Positions 51,037 to 63,739 of a stretch of DNA of 64,000 bases are shown here, piece by piece. The stretch comes from Chiloscyllium plagiosum (lineage: Eukaryota). Location: the NCBI RefSeq assembly GCF_004010195.1, contig NC_057718.1:21123612-21187611 (forward strand), given 5' to 3'. Under the pieces are notes generated by a model that was not told the DNA's origin, did no database searches, and was given only the letters and a program-made list of their open reading frames with translations. Within the stretch, counting starts at the first letter, position 1. Each line of letters begins with the position of its first letter. A program made the position numbers and the translations under genes.

Positions 51037-53094
51037 TACTACCTGCCTGTCCACCTAACTTCGTATCATCGGCAAACTTCGCTAGAAAGCCCCCAGTCCC
51101 TTCATCCAGATCATTAATATATTGCATGAACAGCTGCAGCCCCAACACTGAACCCTGCGGGACACCGCTTGTCGCCGGCTGTCATTCTGAAAAAGAACCT
51201 TTTATCCCAACTCTCTGCCTTCTGTCAGACAGCCAATCCTCAATCCATACCAGTAGCTCACCTCGAACACCATGGGCCCTCACCTTGCTCAGCAGCCTCC
51301 CGTGTGGCACCTTATCAAAGGCCTTTTGGAAGTCGAGATAGTCCATCTTTTGTCTTGATCCTTTCTTGAACAAGGGGGTGTTGAACAAGATCACAACAGT
51401 GATCTTCAAATCATCCGGGACTTTCCCTGACTCCAGTGACTTTTGAAAGATCTCAACCAACGCCTCCGCTATTTCCTCAGCCACCTCCCTCAGACTCTAG
51501 GATGTAACCCATCAGGGCCAGGAGATTTATCAATTTTAAGACCTTTTAGTTTTTCTAGCACTTTCTCTTTTGTAATGGCAACATACTCAACTCAGCCCTC
51601 TGACTCCCTTTATTTGTTGGGATATTACTCATGTCTTCCACTGTGAAGACTGACGCAAAGTACTTAATAAGTTCTCCTGCCATTTCCTTATCTCCCATCA
51701 CTAGGCTTCCAGCATCAGTTTGAAGTGGCCCAATATCTAATTTTGCCTGTTGTTTGTTTCTTATGTATTGAAAGAAACTTTTACTATCATTTCTAATATT
51801 ACCGACTAGCCTACCTTCATATTTGATCCTCTCCTTCCTTATTTCTCTCTTTGTTATCCTCTGTTTGTTTTTGTAGCTTTCCCAATCTTCTGATTTCCCA
51901 GTGCTCTTGGCCACTTTATAGGATCTCTTTTTCTTTAAAACATTTCCTGACTTCCTTTGTCAGCCATGGCTGTCTAATCCCTTCCCGGATAATCTTTCTT
52001 TTCTTGGGGATGAACCTCTGTATAGTGTGGTCAATTATACCCACAAACTCCTGCCATTTTTGCTCAACTGTCTTCCCTGCTAGGCTCTGCTTCCAGTCTA
52101 TTTTCATCAGTTCCTCTCTCATGCCTTCATAATTACCTTTATTTAACTGTAACACCATTACATCCGATTTTGCCTTCTCTCTTTCAAACTGCAGACTGAA
52201 CTCTATCATATTATGATCGCTGCTTCCTAAGTGTTCCCTTACTTTAAGATTTTTTTATAAAGTCTGGTTCATTACATCGCACTAGGTCCAGAATAGCCTG
52301 CTCCCTTGTGGGCTCAATGACAAGCTGTTCCAAAAAGCCATCCTGTAAGCATTCCATGAATTCCCTTTCTTTGGATCCATTGGCAACATTATTTACCCAG
52401 TCCACCTGCATATTGAAGTCTCCCATGATCACCGTGACCTTGTCTTTCTGACATGCCTTCTCTATTTCCCGGTTTATGTTGCGTCCCTGGTCCTGACCAC
52501 TGTACATAACTCCCATTATGGTTTTTTTGCCTTTGTGGTTCCTCAATTCCACCCACACAGACTCAACATCATCTGACGCTATGTCATTCAGTGCCATAGA
52601 TTTAATTTTGTTCTTAACTAACAAGGCAACCCCGCACCCTCTGCCCACCTCCCTGTCTTTTCGATAAGTTGAAAATCCTTGGATGTTTGACTGCTATTCC
52701 TGACCCCCCTGTAACCACGTCTCTGTGATGCCTACCACATCATAATCATTCACGATAATCTGTGCCATTAGTTCATCTGCTTTGTTACCTGAATGCTCGT
52801 AGCATTCGTAAAGTGCCTTAATGCTAACTTTCTTATCATTAGACATATTGGAAGTCATAAGATGTCCTAAGTTATGCTTCCTTTTAGCTGCATTCCCAGT
52901 CTCCCTCAAGTTTAAATCCATCTGCACACATGCTATCCTGCTACTTATCTTTCCATTTAACTCCATACTCCCTGTCGCTTTCACTTTCCCTTCCCCCCCC
53001 CATTCAGAAGTTTAAAGTCCTACTGACCACCCTATTTATCCTCTTCGCTAGAACACTGGTACCTGATTGGTTCAGGTGGAGACCTTAGCCACGT

Positions 53095-53275
53095 GTTTAC
53101 TACATGGCATTCCCCCCACCCCAGACCTGTTCAAGCATCAGAAGCATAACTTTACTGGGCCTTTCGTCTGTTCCACAATGGCCTTGGTTAAAGAATGGGT
53201 TTCTTTGTACCTGCACTCAGTTATGGGTTTATGTAATGGTGTCATCAGCCATGCTTGCAGAAAGTAGCCCTGATT
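53095..53275 (-). pseudogene. PIF/Harbinger (HARBI1-like) DDE transposase remnant
   Basis: NQGYFLQAWLMTPLHKPITECRYKETHSLTKAIVEQTKGPVKLCF*CLNRSG versus family motif D.GY.L..WLMTP...E..YN..H..TR..IE..IG.LK.RFRCL..SG. Confidence 0.8.
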
Positions 53276-53299
53276 ATTCTTTGTTCTATCATTACTGGG

Positions 53300-56200
53300 T
53301 AAAGAAAATTTACAGCCCAGGAACAGACCCTTCGGCCTCCAAACCTGAGCCGATCCAAATGTACTGTCTAAACCTGTCAGTCAATTCTCACCTTGAAAGC
53401 ATGACCTCTTGTTATTAAATCCTTCACCCTGGAAAAAAGCTTGTCTCTATCCAGCCTGTCTATACCCTTCATGATTTTGTAAACCTCAATCAGGTCCCCC
53501 CTCAATCTCCTTTTTTCTAATGAAAACAAACCTAACCTACTCAACCTCTCTTCATAGCTAGCACCTTCCATACCAGGCAACATCCTTGTAAAGCTTCTCT
53601 CTGCACCCTCTCCAAAGCGTCCACATCCTTTTGTAATATGGCGACGAGAACTGTACACAGTATTCTAAATGCAGCCGAACCAATGTCTTGTACAATTTTA
53701 ACACGACTTGCCAGCTCTAATACTGAATACTCCGTCCAATGAAGGCAACCATACCAAATGCCTTCTTGACCACTCTATCCACCTGTGCAGCAACCTTCAG
53801 GGTACAATGGACCTGCACTCCCAGATTTCTCTGCCCATCAACTTTTCCCAAAGCTCTTCCGTTCATTTTATAATTCGCTCTAGAATTAGTCTTGCCTAAA
53901 TGCATCACCTCACATTTGTCTGGATTGAATTCCATCTGCCACTTTTCCGCCCAACTCTTCAGTCTATCTATATCCTCCTGTATTCTCTGACAGTCCCTTA
54001 TGCTTTCTGCTACTCCACCAATCTTCGTGTCATCTGCAAACTTGCTGATCATATCAACAGTGCCCTCTTCTTTGTACCTGCACTCAGTTATGGGTTTATG
54101 TAATGGTGTCATCAGCCATGGTCACCTTTCTCCCTTTCAAGAAACTCCCTTCAACTACTACTCTCTGTCTTCTGTTGCTCAACCAGTTCTTTATCCACCT
54201 AGCTATAACACCCTGCACACCATGTGTCTTCACTTTCTCCATTAGTCTACCATGGGGAACCTTATCAAACACCTTACTAAAGTCCAAGTATATGACACCA
54301 ACAGTTCTTCCTTCATATATCAACTTGGTCACTTCCTTGAAGAACTCTATTGACTTGGTAAGGCATGATCTCCCCCACACAAAACCATGTTGCCTAACAC
54401 TGATAAGCCCATTCTTTTCTAAATATAAATAAATCCTATCCCTCAGTACCCTCTCCAGCAACTTTCCCACCACTGATGTCAGGCTCACTGGTCTGTAGTT
54501 ACCCAGAATATCCCTACTACCTTTCTTGTACAGGGGGAACAACATGAGCAACCCTCCAGTCCTCTGGCACCTCACTTGTACTTAATGATTCTACAAAGAT
54601 ATCTGTCAGGGCCTGTGGTGTAAAATTATGTCCCAATACATGTGTGAATCTAACCGGAATGGCGGTGTTGCTTAGTCCCGTGTGAATCTTATTACACACC
54701 TCCCCGTGTGAATCTTCTTATCTGTATGTAACCAGAATGGAATGTGTTTTTTAGCCTTGCTCTGCTGTTCACATGAATGTTTATATCTGGAAAAGAGTAT
54801 ATCAGCTGGAAAAGTCTCCAGTTCGGTGAGTCTGCTCCGGGGTTACGTTTAACCGCCGAGCGTGGGTTGTTGGCAACTGCTCTACGAGAACTGACGGCTC
54901 CCAGTTCCGGTAACATGTAGAGTGAGTATAAACCAGACCCGTTGTAGTATGAGACCTGGTTGTGGCGACGCTGCGGGGGATAAAATGCTCATATTCTAGC
55001 AGACTCGCCTCTTGGTCGTTTGTTCTGTGTCAGACTACTCTCCTACGAACCTGACCTTGAGAATTTTTTAAAACAGGGCCCCAGCTATTTCCTCTCTCGT
55101 CTCCCTCAGCAACCTGGGATAGATCCCATCCGGTCCTGGGGATTTGTCCACCTTAATAACCTCTAGCCTACCAAACACATCTTCCCTACTTATGTCAACA
55201 TGATCCAGACTAATCAAACTTCTATCTCTATCTCAAGATTGATCATGTTCCTCTCTTCAGTGAACACTGATGCAAAGTAATCATTCAGAATCTCACCCAT
55301 TCGCTCAGGTTCGACACGCAGCCTTCCTTCGTTATCCTTTAGTGGACCAATCTTTTCTCTAGCTACCCACTTGCTTCTTATATAAGAATAAAATGATTTG
55401 GGATTCTCCTTAATTCTGCTTGCTAAAGCTATTTCACGACCCCTTTTAGCCCACGTGATTGTTCGCTTAAGACTTGTCCTACTCTTCCGATATTCCTCCA
55501 GGGCCCGTTCTGTTCTTAGCTACCTACACCTTATGTACGCTTCCTTTTTCCTCTTGGCTAGTCATACAATTTCTCCTGTCATCCACTGTTCACGAATCTT
55601 GCTCTTCCTATCCTTTGCCTTCAATGGGACATGCCTATCCTGCATTATCTTTGAAAGCCTCCCACATATCAAACATGGACTTCCCTTCAAATAGCTGTGT
55701 CCAATCCACATTTCTGAGCTCCTGCCTAATTTTGATATAATTGGCCTTGGCCCAGTTTAGTACTCTTCCCTTAGGACCACTCTCATCTTTATCTAAGAGT
55801 ATTCTAAAACTTACAGAATTGTGGTCACTGTTCCCAAAGAAATCCCGCACCTCAACATCTACCACCTGTCCTGGCTCGTTCCCCAGTACCAGGTCCAATA
55901 TGGCCCCTTCCCTCGTTGGACTATTGACATACTGCTCTAGAAAACTCTCCTGCACGATTCTTACAAATTCTACCTCATCCATACCTCTGACGCTAAGTGA
56001 TTGTTGGAAAATTAAAATCTCCCATCATCACTACCCCATTGCCTCTACACCTTTCCATAATCTATTTGTTCTTCTACCTCACGCTCACTGTTGGGAGGCC
56101 TGTAATACAGCCCCAACAATGTAACTGCACCCTTATTTCTCAGTTCCACCCATAATGACTCACTACCCAAGACCTCCAGCCGTGATATCATCCCTGACCA

Positions 56201-56932
56201 GCAATGCAACTCCACCCCACCTTTTACTTCCCTCCCTGTCCTGTCTATATCCTGGAACATTTAGTTGCCCATCATCACGCCCTTCCTTCAACCAAGTCTC
56301 TGTGATTGCAATAATGTCATATGCCCAGGCACCAATCCAAGCCCTAAGTTCATCTACCTTACATGCCTTACATTAAAGTAGATGCATTTCAGGCCACCAG
56401 TTCTTTTGCGCTCATGTGCTCTCTGCCTACTCTTCCCTTTATTAATGCTATCTTCATGATTCTTACAGTCTCTAGTCTCCAACTCGCTGCCTACTTGTTT
56501 TCTCTTCTGGTTCCCAGCCCCCTGCCACATTAGTTTAAAACCTCCCCAACAGCGGTAGCAAAACCTCTCCCAAGGACATTGGTTCCGGTCTGGTTCAGAT
56601 GTAGACCATCCATTTTGCAATAGTTCCACCATCCCCAGAACCAGTCTCAATGTCCAACAAATCTGAACCCCTCCCACCTATACCATCTCTCCATCCACGT
56701 GTTCATCCTGCCTATTTTTTCCATTTCTACACTGGCTAGCACATGGCACTGATAGTAATCTCGAGATCACTACCTTTGGAGGTCCTCCTCTTTAACTTCT
56801 CTCCGAGCTCCCTGAATTCTTCTTTCAGGACGTCATCTCGCTTTCTACTTATACCGTTGGTGCCTATATGCACCAAGACAACTGGTTGTTCACCCTCCCC
56901 TTTCAGAATGCTCTGCAGCCGATCTTCGATGA
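53300..56932 (-). mobile_element. CR1 LINE from ORF1 esterase through ORF2 to 3' end, with deletions and two inserts
   Basis: LVHIGTNGI (ORF1), [49 protein letters not shown]. Confidence 0.92.
54614..55075 (+). mobile_element. Young solo LTR (462 bp, TG...CA) with perfect 5-bp TSD GGGCC
   Basis: GGGCC at 54609-54613 and 55076-55080; TATAAA near 54927; GATAAA near 54980; CpGs retained. Confidence 0.88.
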
Positions 56933-57869
56933 TCCAGTTTAGCATATTCCTTCATTCAGTGGACATGGAGGATTCTGATCAGAAGGGGCCATGGAATGCC
57001 TGTATGGAATGCCTATCACAGAAACCTTATTCCGATAAATGCAGTACAAGTCATGTCACATAAATACAATAGGAGATTTTACTGGCTCTAGGATTACTGA
57101 TACCATGTCCGTTCCATGCCTTTGTGCAACCAATGAAATCTTGGACTGTTTGTGAACAGTGAGTGGCCCACTGACGTCACTTTTAAGGTCGCATGTGATT
57201 ACTTCTGCTTGACAGATATGACGATCTTCAACCTACACTGACTAATGACATGGCCAAGATTGCTTGCTACCAGGATTTATATTGTACACAACTGGACAGG
57301 TGCTTCAATCTGTAATGTGAAAGTTCATGACTAATGCAATTGCTCAGAAAAGAAACACTTAATCCACCCACTCTGGGGGCAGTCGCAGCCATTTTCTACT
57401 TCCAGTGCCAATTTGTGATTCATATGAGTGTGGAAGGCAATTTAGGTCATGCTTGGTGCAATTACTCACAAGCTCAGCCTGGTAAGCAAGCAGTCTCCAA
57501 AATCTCTGTTTCTTTCTTCTAGTGTACTTGATCATGCCCATCAGTAATGAGTTTACACGATCCTCTATTCACATCTGAATTACTTTATTTTCTAACATTA
57601 CTGCCCGACCCACGACCCTACAGCTTAGCAATAGCACTGTGTGATGCTAACCCCTGCCATCAAAGTCAGGGTGGTTGTAAGCACTTCTGAACTTCCATCC
57701 CTCCAAGACTAACCAGTGTCCTCCAATGTATCATTGACTCTTCTCATGGCCACCCAACTCATACATCGGGTTTCCCTGGTTCACAATTTTTCTCCTCTCT
57801 GCATATTGGCTCCAATCCCCACCACTGACTTCTCTAATTTTCCTATAACAGCAATGGCCCAGAGTTTAT

Positions 57870-59068
57870 TAAAGAGGCAGAGAAAGGGTTAATGAGGGTA
57901 ATGCTGTTGAGATGGTTACGTGGAATTCCAGATGATGTTCAATAATATGCCACGCAATAGACTTGTGAAACAATTAGAGCTTATGGAATGAAAGGGACAG
58001 TAGCAAAGTACATGTAGTTACAAAATTTACTGGATGGCAGAAACCAAAATGCAATGACCAATTGAAATTTTTCAGGCTAGAGAAAAGCCTGCAGTGGAGC
58101 TTACCAGGGTTTGATATTGGAATTCTTGCTTTTCTTGGTATACAGTAATGATCTAGAATTTGGAGACCAAGGGGCAATTTAAAAGTCTGCAGATGATATG
58201 AAACGTTGAAGTACTGTAAACTGTGAGAACAATATACAGCTTTGAAAGGATATAAACAAGTTGGTGGCATGGATGGATAGGTGGCAGATGAAGTTCAATG
58301 CAGAGAAGTATGGGATGAGACACTTTGGTAAGGAAAACATGGACACACAATGTAAATTAAGATGTAAAGAGGTTTCAGGAACAGAAAGATCTTGATGCAC
58401 ATGTGCAGAGTTCACAGAAACTGGCAGGACAGATGGAGAGAGCAGTCAATTATCATGGGTTTTACTAATAGAAGTATATAGTATAAGAGCAAGGAGGTGA
58501 TGTTGACCTTGGATAACTCACTTATTAGGGCTCAGCAGAAATATTGTGTACATTTCTCGGTGCCACATTTTTGGAAAGCTGTGAATGCACTGGACAAACA
58601 ATACAGAAGAGATTTAGAAGAATCGTTCCAGTATTGAGAAACTTTAGTTATGAAGATAGATCAGAGAGGTTTTGACTGTTGGTCTTGGAAAGAAGTATGC
58701 CAAGAGGAAATCTTTGGCAGTTTTAACATCAGGAGAGGGCTACATGGAGTAGTTTGGGAGAATCTGTTCATCCTTGTAAAAGGATCAAGAATGAGATGGC
58801 ATACATTTAAAGCGAATTGCAAAAGAAGCAAATGTGATGTACACATGGAGTGATTCAGGTCTGAAATGCACTGCCTGGAAATATGGTAGAGACAGGTTCA
58901 ACTGAGGCATTCAGGCAGACACTAGATGACTATTTAGATAGAAAAAATGTGCAAGGGTATGGGAAAGAGGCAAGACATGGGCACTAAATCATGATGCTCC
59001 CTTAAACAGTCAGTATAGGCACAACAGATTGAACGACCCCCTTCTCAGCCACAACACTTCGTGATTCT
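57870..59068 (+). mobile_element. Old decayed CR1 RT and 3' end
   Basis: KSADDMK, WMDRWQMKFNAEK and later CR1 C-terminal motifs in broken frames. Confidence 0.8.
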
Positions 59069-59715
59069 GACAAATCTCTCCAGTCCTATTTAGCTGACCC
59101 TCAGGTCTGAATGTGATCCACATCCCGAGCCGATTTGGACAAACTGCTCCATCTGTTGAGTGGATAGAGTGCAACACCCCAACTGAATAACCGTGAATCC
59201 TCAGACCGATTACACCAAACTCGCAAGACTGACTGTGGCCCACTCTGTGGACTGTAGTGACATACACCAGTCACCAAAAGTAGCTGACTTAATGTGTCCA
59301 GGCCTCTGGACTTTCATCAGACACTATGCCACAACTACTGACTGAATGTTGTTCTCTTAGTTTCAAGAAGGGTTACTCCCTTTAGATTTTGAGTCATGCT
59401 CATTTGATTGAAGCACATGCAGAAGGTTTGCCATGGACTTTACTGGCACAGGGTGTAGATACGAGATTGATGTAGCATTGTACCATACACCAATATGTCC
59501 ACTCCCGTGAACTGATGACTGCTGTAGCCATGACAGGAAGCCTGGATTTAGTTTCTCGCTAAACAGCAAAGCAAAACAGAAGTACTGAGAGAGACTTTAA
59601 GCTCTAAGTGACAGAGAAAAACATGAAAAGGCATGGCAGGGAAGCTGTGAGGATCCAAGGAGACGCAAACTTATTGAGCACTAAGACAGCAAACAACAAG
59701 ACCCAAGATGCAAGT

Positions 59716-60041
59716 GGGCGGCACGGTGGCACAGTGATTAGCACTGCTGCCTCACAGCGCCAGAGACCCGGGTTCAATTCCCGCCTCAGGCGACTGACTG
59801 TGGAGTTTGCACGTTCTCCCCGTGTCTGTGTGGGTTTCCTCCGGGTGCTCCGGTTTCCTCCCACAGTCCAAAGATGTGCAGGTTAGGTGAATTGGCCATG
59901 CTAAATTGCCCGTAGTGTTAGTTAAGGGGTAAATGTAGGGGTATGGGTGGGTTACGCTTCGGCAGGTCGGTGTGGACTTGTTGGGCCGAAGGGCCTGTTT
60001 CCACACTGTAATGTAATCTAATCTAATGTAATCTAATCTAA
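59716..60041 (+). mobile_element. Young full-length HE1-type V-SINE
   Basis: GGGCGGCACGGTGGCACAGTGATTAGC (A box), GGTTCAATTCC (B box), V domain, CR1-like tail ending (aatct/aatgt)n; CpGs intact. Confidence 0.93.
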
Positions 60042-60494
60042 AATATGCACTCTATTCCAGTCCACGACTTGTATTACTGTCCCTGCATGTAAAATGGCCT
60101 GGTAGCAATATTACAATGATACGTGCCAGTGTGCTCCGAAGTACAGCATTGAAGTATTGAACTATATTACAGTTGTGCCATGAGCATGCAGTGTGGTTGA
60201 TGTGTGCCCTACGCCAGCGTCCATGGACAGGGGATGCAGCTAACCCTGCCGATGGAGCTTACCCCAAGATGTTGGTGACTGTTGTCCAAGATGGAGTCCT
60301 GGAAGAGCAAGCAGCGAGCTGGAGTTGCCAGGTCTGGCTTTCACTGTGACTTTTATGTTAGGAATTATCACCATCTAGTTTCTATCCAAAGGCTCAAAGA
60401 ATGGGAAACTGTACATCAATGAGGCAAGATTAGATAATAATGACATGTATGGAAATGGCTGTAAACAGATCTCTCGCCACTCTCATTCACATCT

Positions 60495-60846
60495 TGCTGG
60501 AGTGGCAGCAATTTAGTAGTAGCCCACAATAGTCCACAACCCCAGGCTAATTTCTGAAGACATTAGTCTGAATCCCATAATGTCAATTACTGAAATTTAA
60601 ATTCAATAAAAATCTGGAAGCAAAAAGCTAGTATGATGGAGAACAATTGTCATATAAAAAAAAATCCATCTGGTTCGCTAATATGCTTTTGGGAAGGAAA
60701 TCTACCATCCTTACCTGGCCTGCATGTGACACCAGACCCTCAGCAATGTGGCTGACTCTGAACTGTCCTTGGACAAATAGGGATGGGCAATAAATACTGG
60801 AACCTAGCCAGCAATGGTTACATCCCTTGAGCAGATTTTTCAAAAA
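60495..60846 (+). mobile_element. tRNA-derived SINE with CR1/L2-group 3' tail
   Basis: Ends gggatgggcaataaatactgg..ctagccagcaatg..acatccc, shared with the LINE family at 41285-41548. Confidence 0.7.
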
Positions 60847-61829
60847 CCACATCAGAGAATATATGTGTAACAACACATTTGATAAAGTGTACACTTGAAC
60901 TGCACTGCTCCAGGGATCATCACAAAAGTTAAAGATTTAATAACATTACAGAGTTCCCCAGTTTATGTGCCTGATGGACTGAGGTTAACAGCAAACATTG
61001 ACAAGCTTTCTGTAACATGAGCTCTACTTATTGCAAATAAATAAAATATTAATCACAGGCAAGCAAAGATATGAATTAGCAACATATAATACCACTAGCT
61101 AAAACTCTAACCCCTCTTAAAACACCACACACACATACATACAGATATGCAAACAAACAAATATGGATGACACAAGCAGAGGAAAAGATATCAGGAAAGC
61201 AGTTCAACAGCACCAGTCAAAAGAATGCAATGACATCCCTTTGGCTTGTTCCAAGTCCTTCTGATCTTGGAGTTCCTTATTTCCAGATCCTTTCAGTTTC
61301 TGGCTGAAGATACAGGGCAGTTGGTCATCCTCCCACCATACCTACCCACCCACCCCCACCCCCCACACCCCCTACCACACATAATGATTATGTTCCTAAA
61401 TTAGTCAGTCATTCAGTGGGGAAGGATAAATTCTGCCATTAAATCTGGGGAATTTAAATACTGGGAAATAAATTTATGTACAATATGAGTGTTTCAATAG
61501 GTAACGTTTTCACAGCTGCACCCTAATAAGCAAAGAGAACCAGTTTGTCTATGAATCATACTGGTCAATTTGAGTAGTGTGCCTCTTCTGGGGAAAAAAA
61601 AACATGATTGTCTCAAAGGACTGCCTACGAAGCAGGGAAAGATATTTGAATAGGTGACGACTTTCTTCCACTCCAGATTTATAAATCCTGTGGTGACGAA
61701 ACGTTTCATTACTAGATTTGCATACCTTGCCACAGATGGGCAAATGATGTAGGCAGAGACAGGAGCAAGGGATATGAGAGTTTTCACATGCTTTTTCTGC
61801 TGTTTGAGTTTGGCCTCCACCTGGGCCTA

Positions 61830-62595
61830 CAAACATATGAATTAGGAGCAGAAGTTGGCCATTTGGCAGTTCAATCCTGTTCCACCAATAAGACTATGGC
61901 TGATCTATCTGTGTTCCAAATTCCACATTCCCATGTATCCCCAATAGCCTGTGATTACCTTGTCGAGCAAGAATCTATTTGCCTCTACCTTAAAAATATT
62001 CACTGACACCACCTCCAGTATCTTCTGAGGTACAGGTCCATAACTAGATAAGCCTTTGACAGAAATTAATTTTCCCTCATCTCTATCCTAAAAATGAAAC
62101 CACCAATTTTAAAACCAAAAGAACTGTGGTTGCTGTAAATAAGAAACAAAACCAGAAGTTCCAAGAAAAGCTCAGCAGGTCTGGCAGCATCTGTGAAGAA
62201 AAATTAGAGTTAACATTTCGGGCCTGGTAACCCTTCCTCAGAACACCAATTTTAAAACATTGTTACCAAGTTCTGGACTCATCCATAAAGTAAACATCCT
62301 TCTCACATCCACCTTATCACAATCATTCAGGGTCTTATAAACTTCAATCTAGTCAGTACTTGCTTTGTCGAACTCTGGTGAAAACAAGCCCAACCTGTGC
62401 AATCTTTCTTCATAACACAACCTGCTAATTTCAGGAGTCAATCCAGTAAACCTCATGTGAACTGTTTTCAATGCATTTATATTGTTTATTAAACAGAGTC
62501 TAAACAATAAAGTACATGCGATGTGGTCTCACAACTGCCCTGTATAACTGAGGCATAGAATCCCTACCTTTCTTTGCTCAATTTCTTTGATAATA
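61830..62595 (-). mobile_element. Old CR1 3' fragment interrupted by a PLE derivative
   Basis: aacatatgaattaggagcagaagttggccatt tail; tgtggtctcac.actgccctgtataactg. Confidence 0.75.
62116..62243 (-). mobile_element. 128-bp PLE terminal-repeat element starting at a hammerhead motif, 15-bp TSD
   Basis: TSD caccaattttaaaac at 62101-62115 and 62244-62258. Reverse strand starts guuCUGAGGAAGGGUuaccagGCCCGAAAUGUUaac. Confidence 0.85.
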
Positions 62596-63399
62596 CATGT
62601 AGCTGTTTTGATGAAGACAACTAATTTAATTCATTTAAATATGCTTCTAAACAGGATGACACTTCTATGCTTCAAGCTGTCTTGTGTAATTAATACAAAT
62701 AGGTTTGAGTATCTGAACTTGCTGACCTTTTCTGCCTTCAACCGAGTAAGAAATCCACTTTTGATTCTGTCCGAATAACACATTTCCCTCGCCCCAGGAG
62801 AACAAAACTATGTCACATACTAAACTGAATGCTTTTTCCCTAACATGGAATAATATTCACTCATACAGTACAAATGTTTCCAGCCATATACCAGTCAAAC
62901 TGTTTAATGATATAATCTATGGAAGTATTTTCTTAAAACTATAATTTCTACCCTAGCCAAGCATATGTTCCATGCATATATCAGAACTGATGTTATTCTA
63001 AGTACAAATTTATGCAATTTATGTTCCATTTAAGACTTCTGTGAAATTTTGTAACAAATTGGTTCCATGTAAACTGGTCAGTAACAAGGGTCCATATTGT
63101 GCCTGTAGCCAATATGTAACAAGTATAATTGTACATGCTATGATTACAATGTTTACATTTTCTGCTGTTATGGGAAGGAGGCTAATTAAACTCCAACACA
63201 AATATACAAAAACAATTAGAAAAATACTGTCTTTAGGATCCAGCTGAATCTGTTCTTTTCCTTTTATCTATAGTATTCATTTTCTTTGTGGGAACAAAAA
63301 TCTAAGAAAATTTAGAAGACAATGCAATTGTTTGTATTGAGTCGGTATTTCACCATCTCTACAAAGCTGCCCTGTCCAACAATAAAAATAATTTGTTAA

Positions 63400-63505
63400 T
63401 GCTCTTCTATAGTCAGCAGTGTGCTCCCATACCTCTGTGCCAAAGGTTCAAGTCCCACTGGCCACAGAAGTGTGTCAAAACATGTCCAACCAGGTTGATT
63501 AAAAT
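63400..63505 (+). mobile_element. Short tRNA-derived SINE-like element (family of 823-1237)
   Basis: GGTTCAAGTCC B box; ends catgtccaaccaggttgattaaaa. Confidence 0.6.
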
Positions 63506-63739
63506 GACTATCACCGAATTGCTCCACTGTCAGGGGGCGCAGCGGTGGATTGTGCAAAACGCAAGTGGTGAATATTCTGTTATCCAAGATTATCACACAA
63601 AAAATAAAGCAGCATAGGAGGAACTGCAAAACGACTTACCAACACAATATGAAGAATTCATAGGTTGCAAATATCAGGAAGTTTAAATTGGGCTGGGCTG
63701 TTTTCTCTAGAAATTTTACGTGTCTCTCTCCCTCAACCT

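Larger units (their letters stand above)
50322..53085 (-). mobile_element. CR1 LINE (ORF1 end, APE endonuclease, RT with internal deletions, 3' UTR) interrupted by a PLE and a gap
   Basis: [43 protein letters not shown]; (ataagacc)n tail at 50322. Confidence 0.92.

Noticed and set aside
59716..59790. tRNA gene
   Set aside because: It is the tRNA-derived head of an HE1 SINE, continuing into the V domain and LINE tail.
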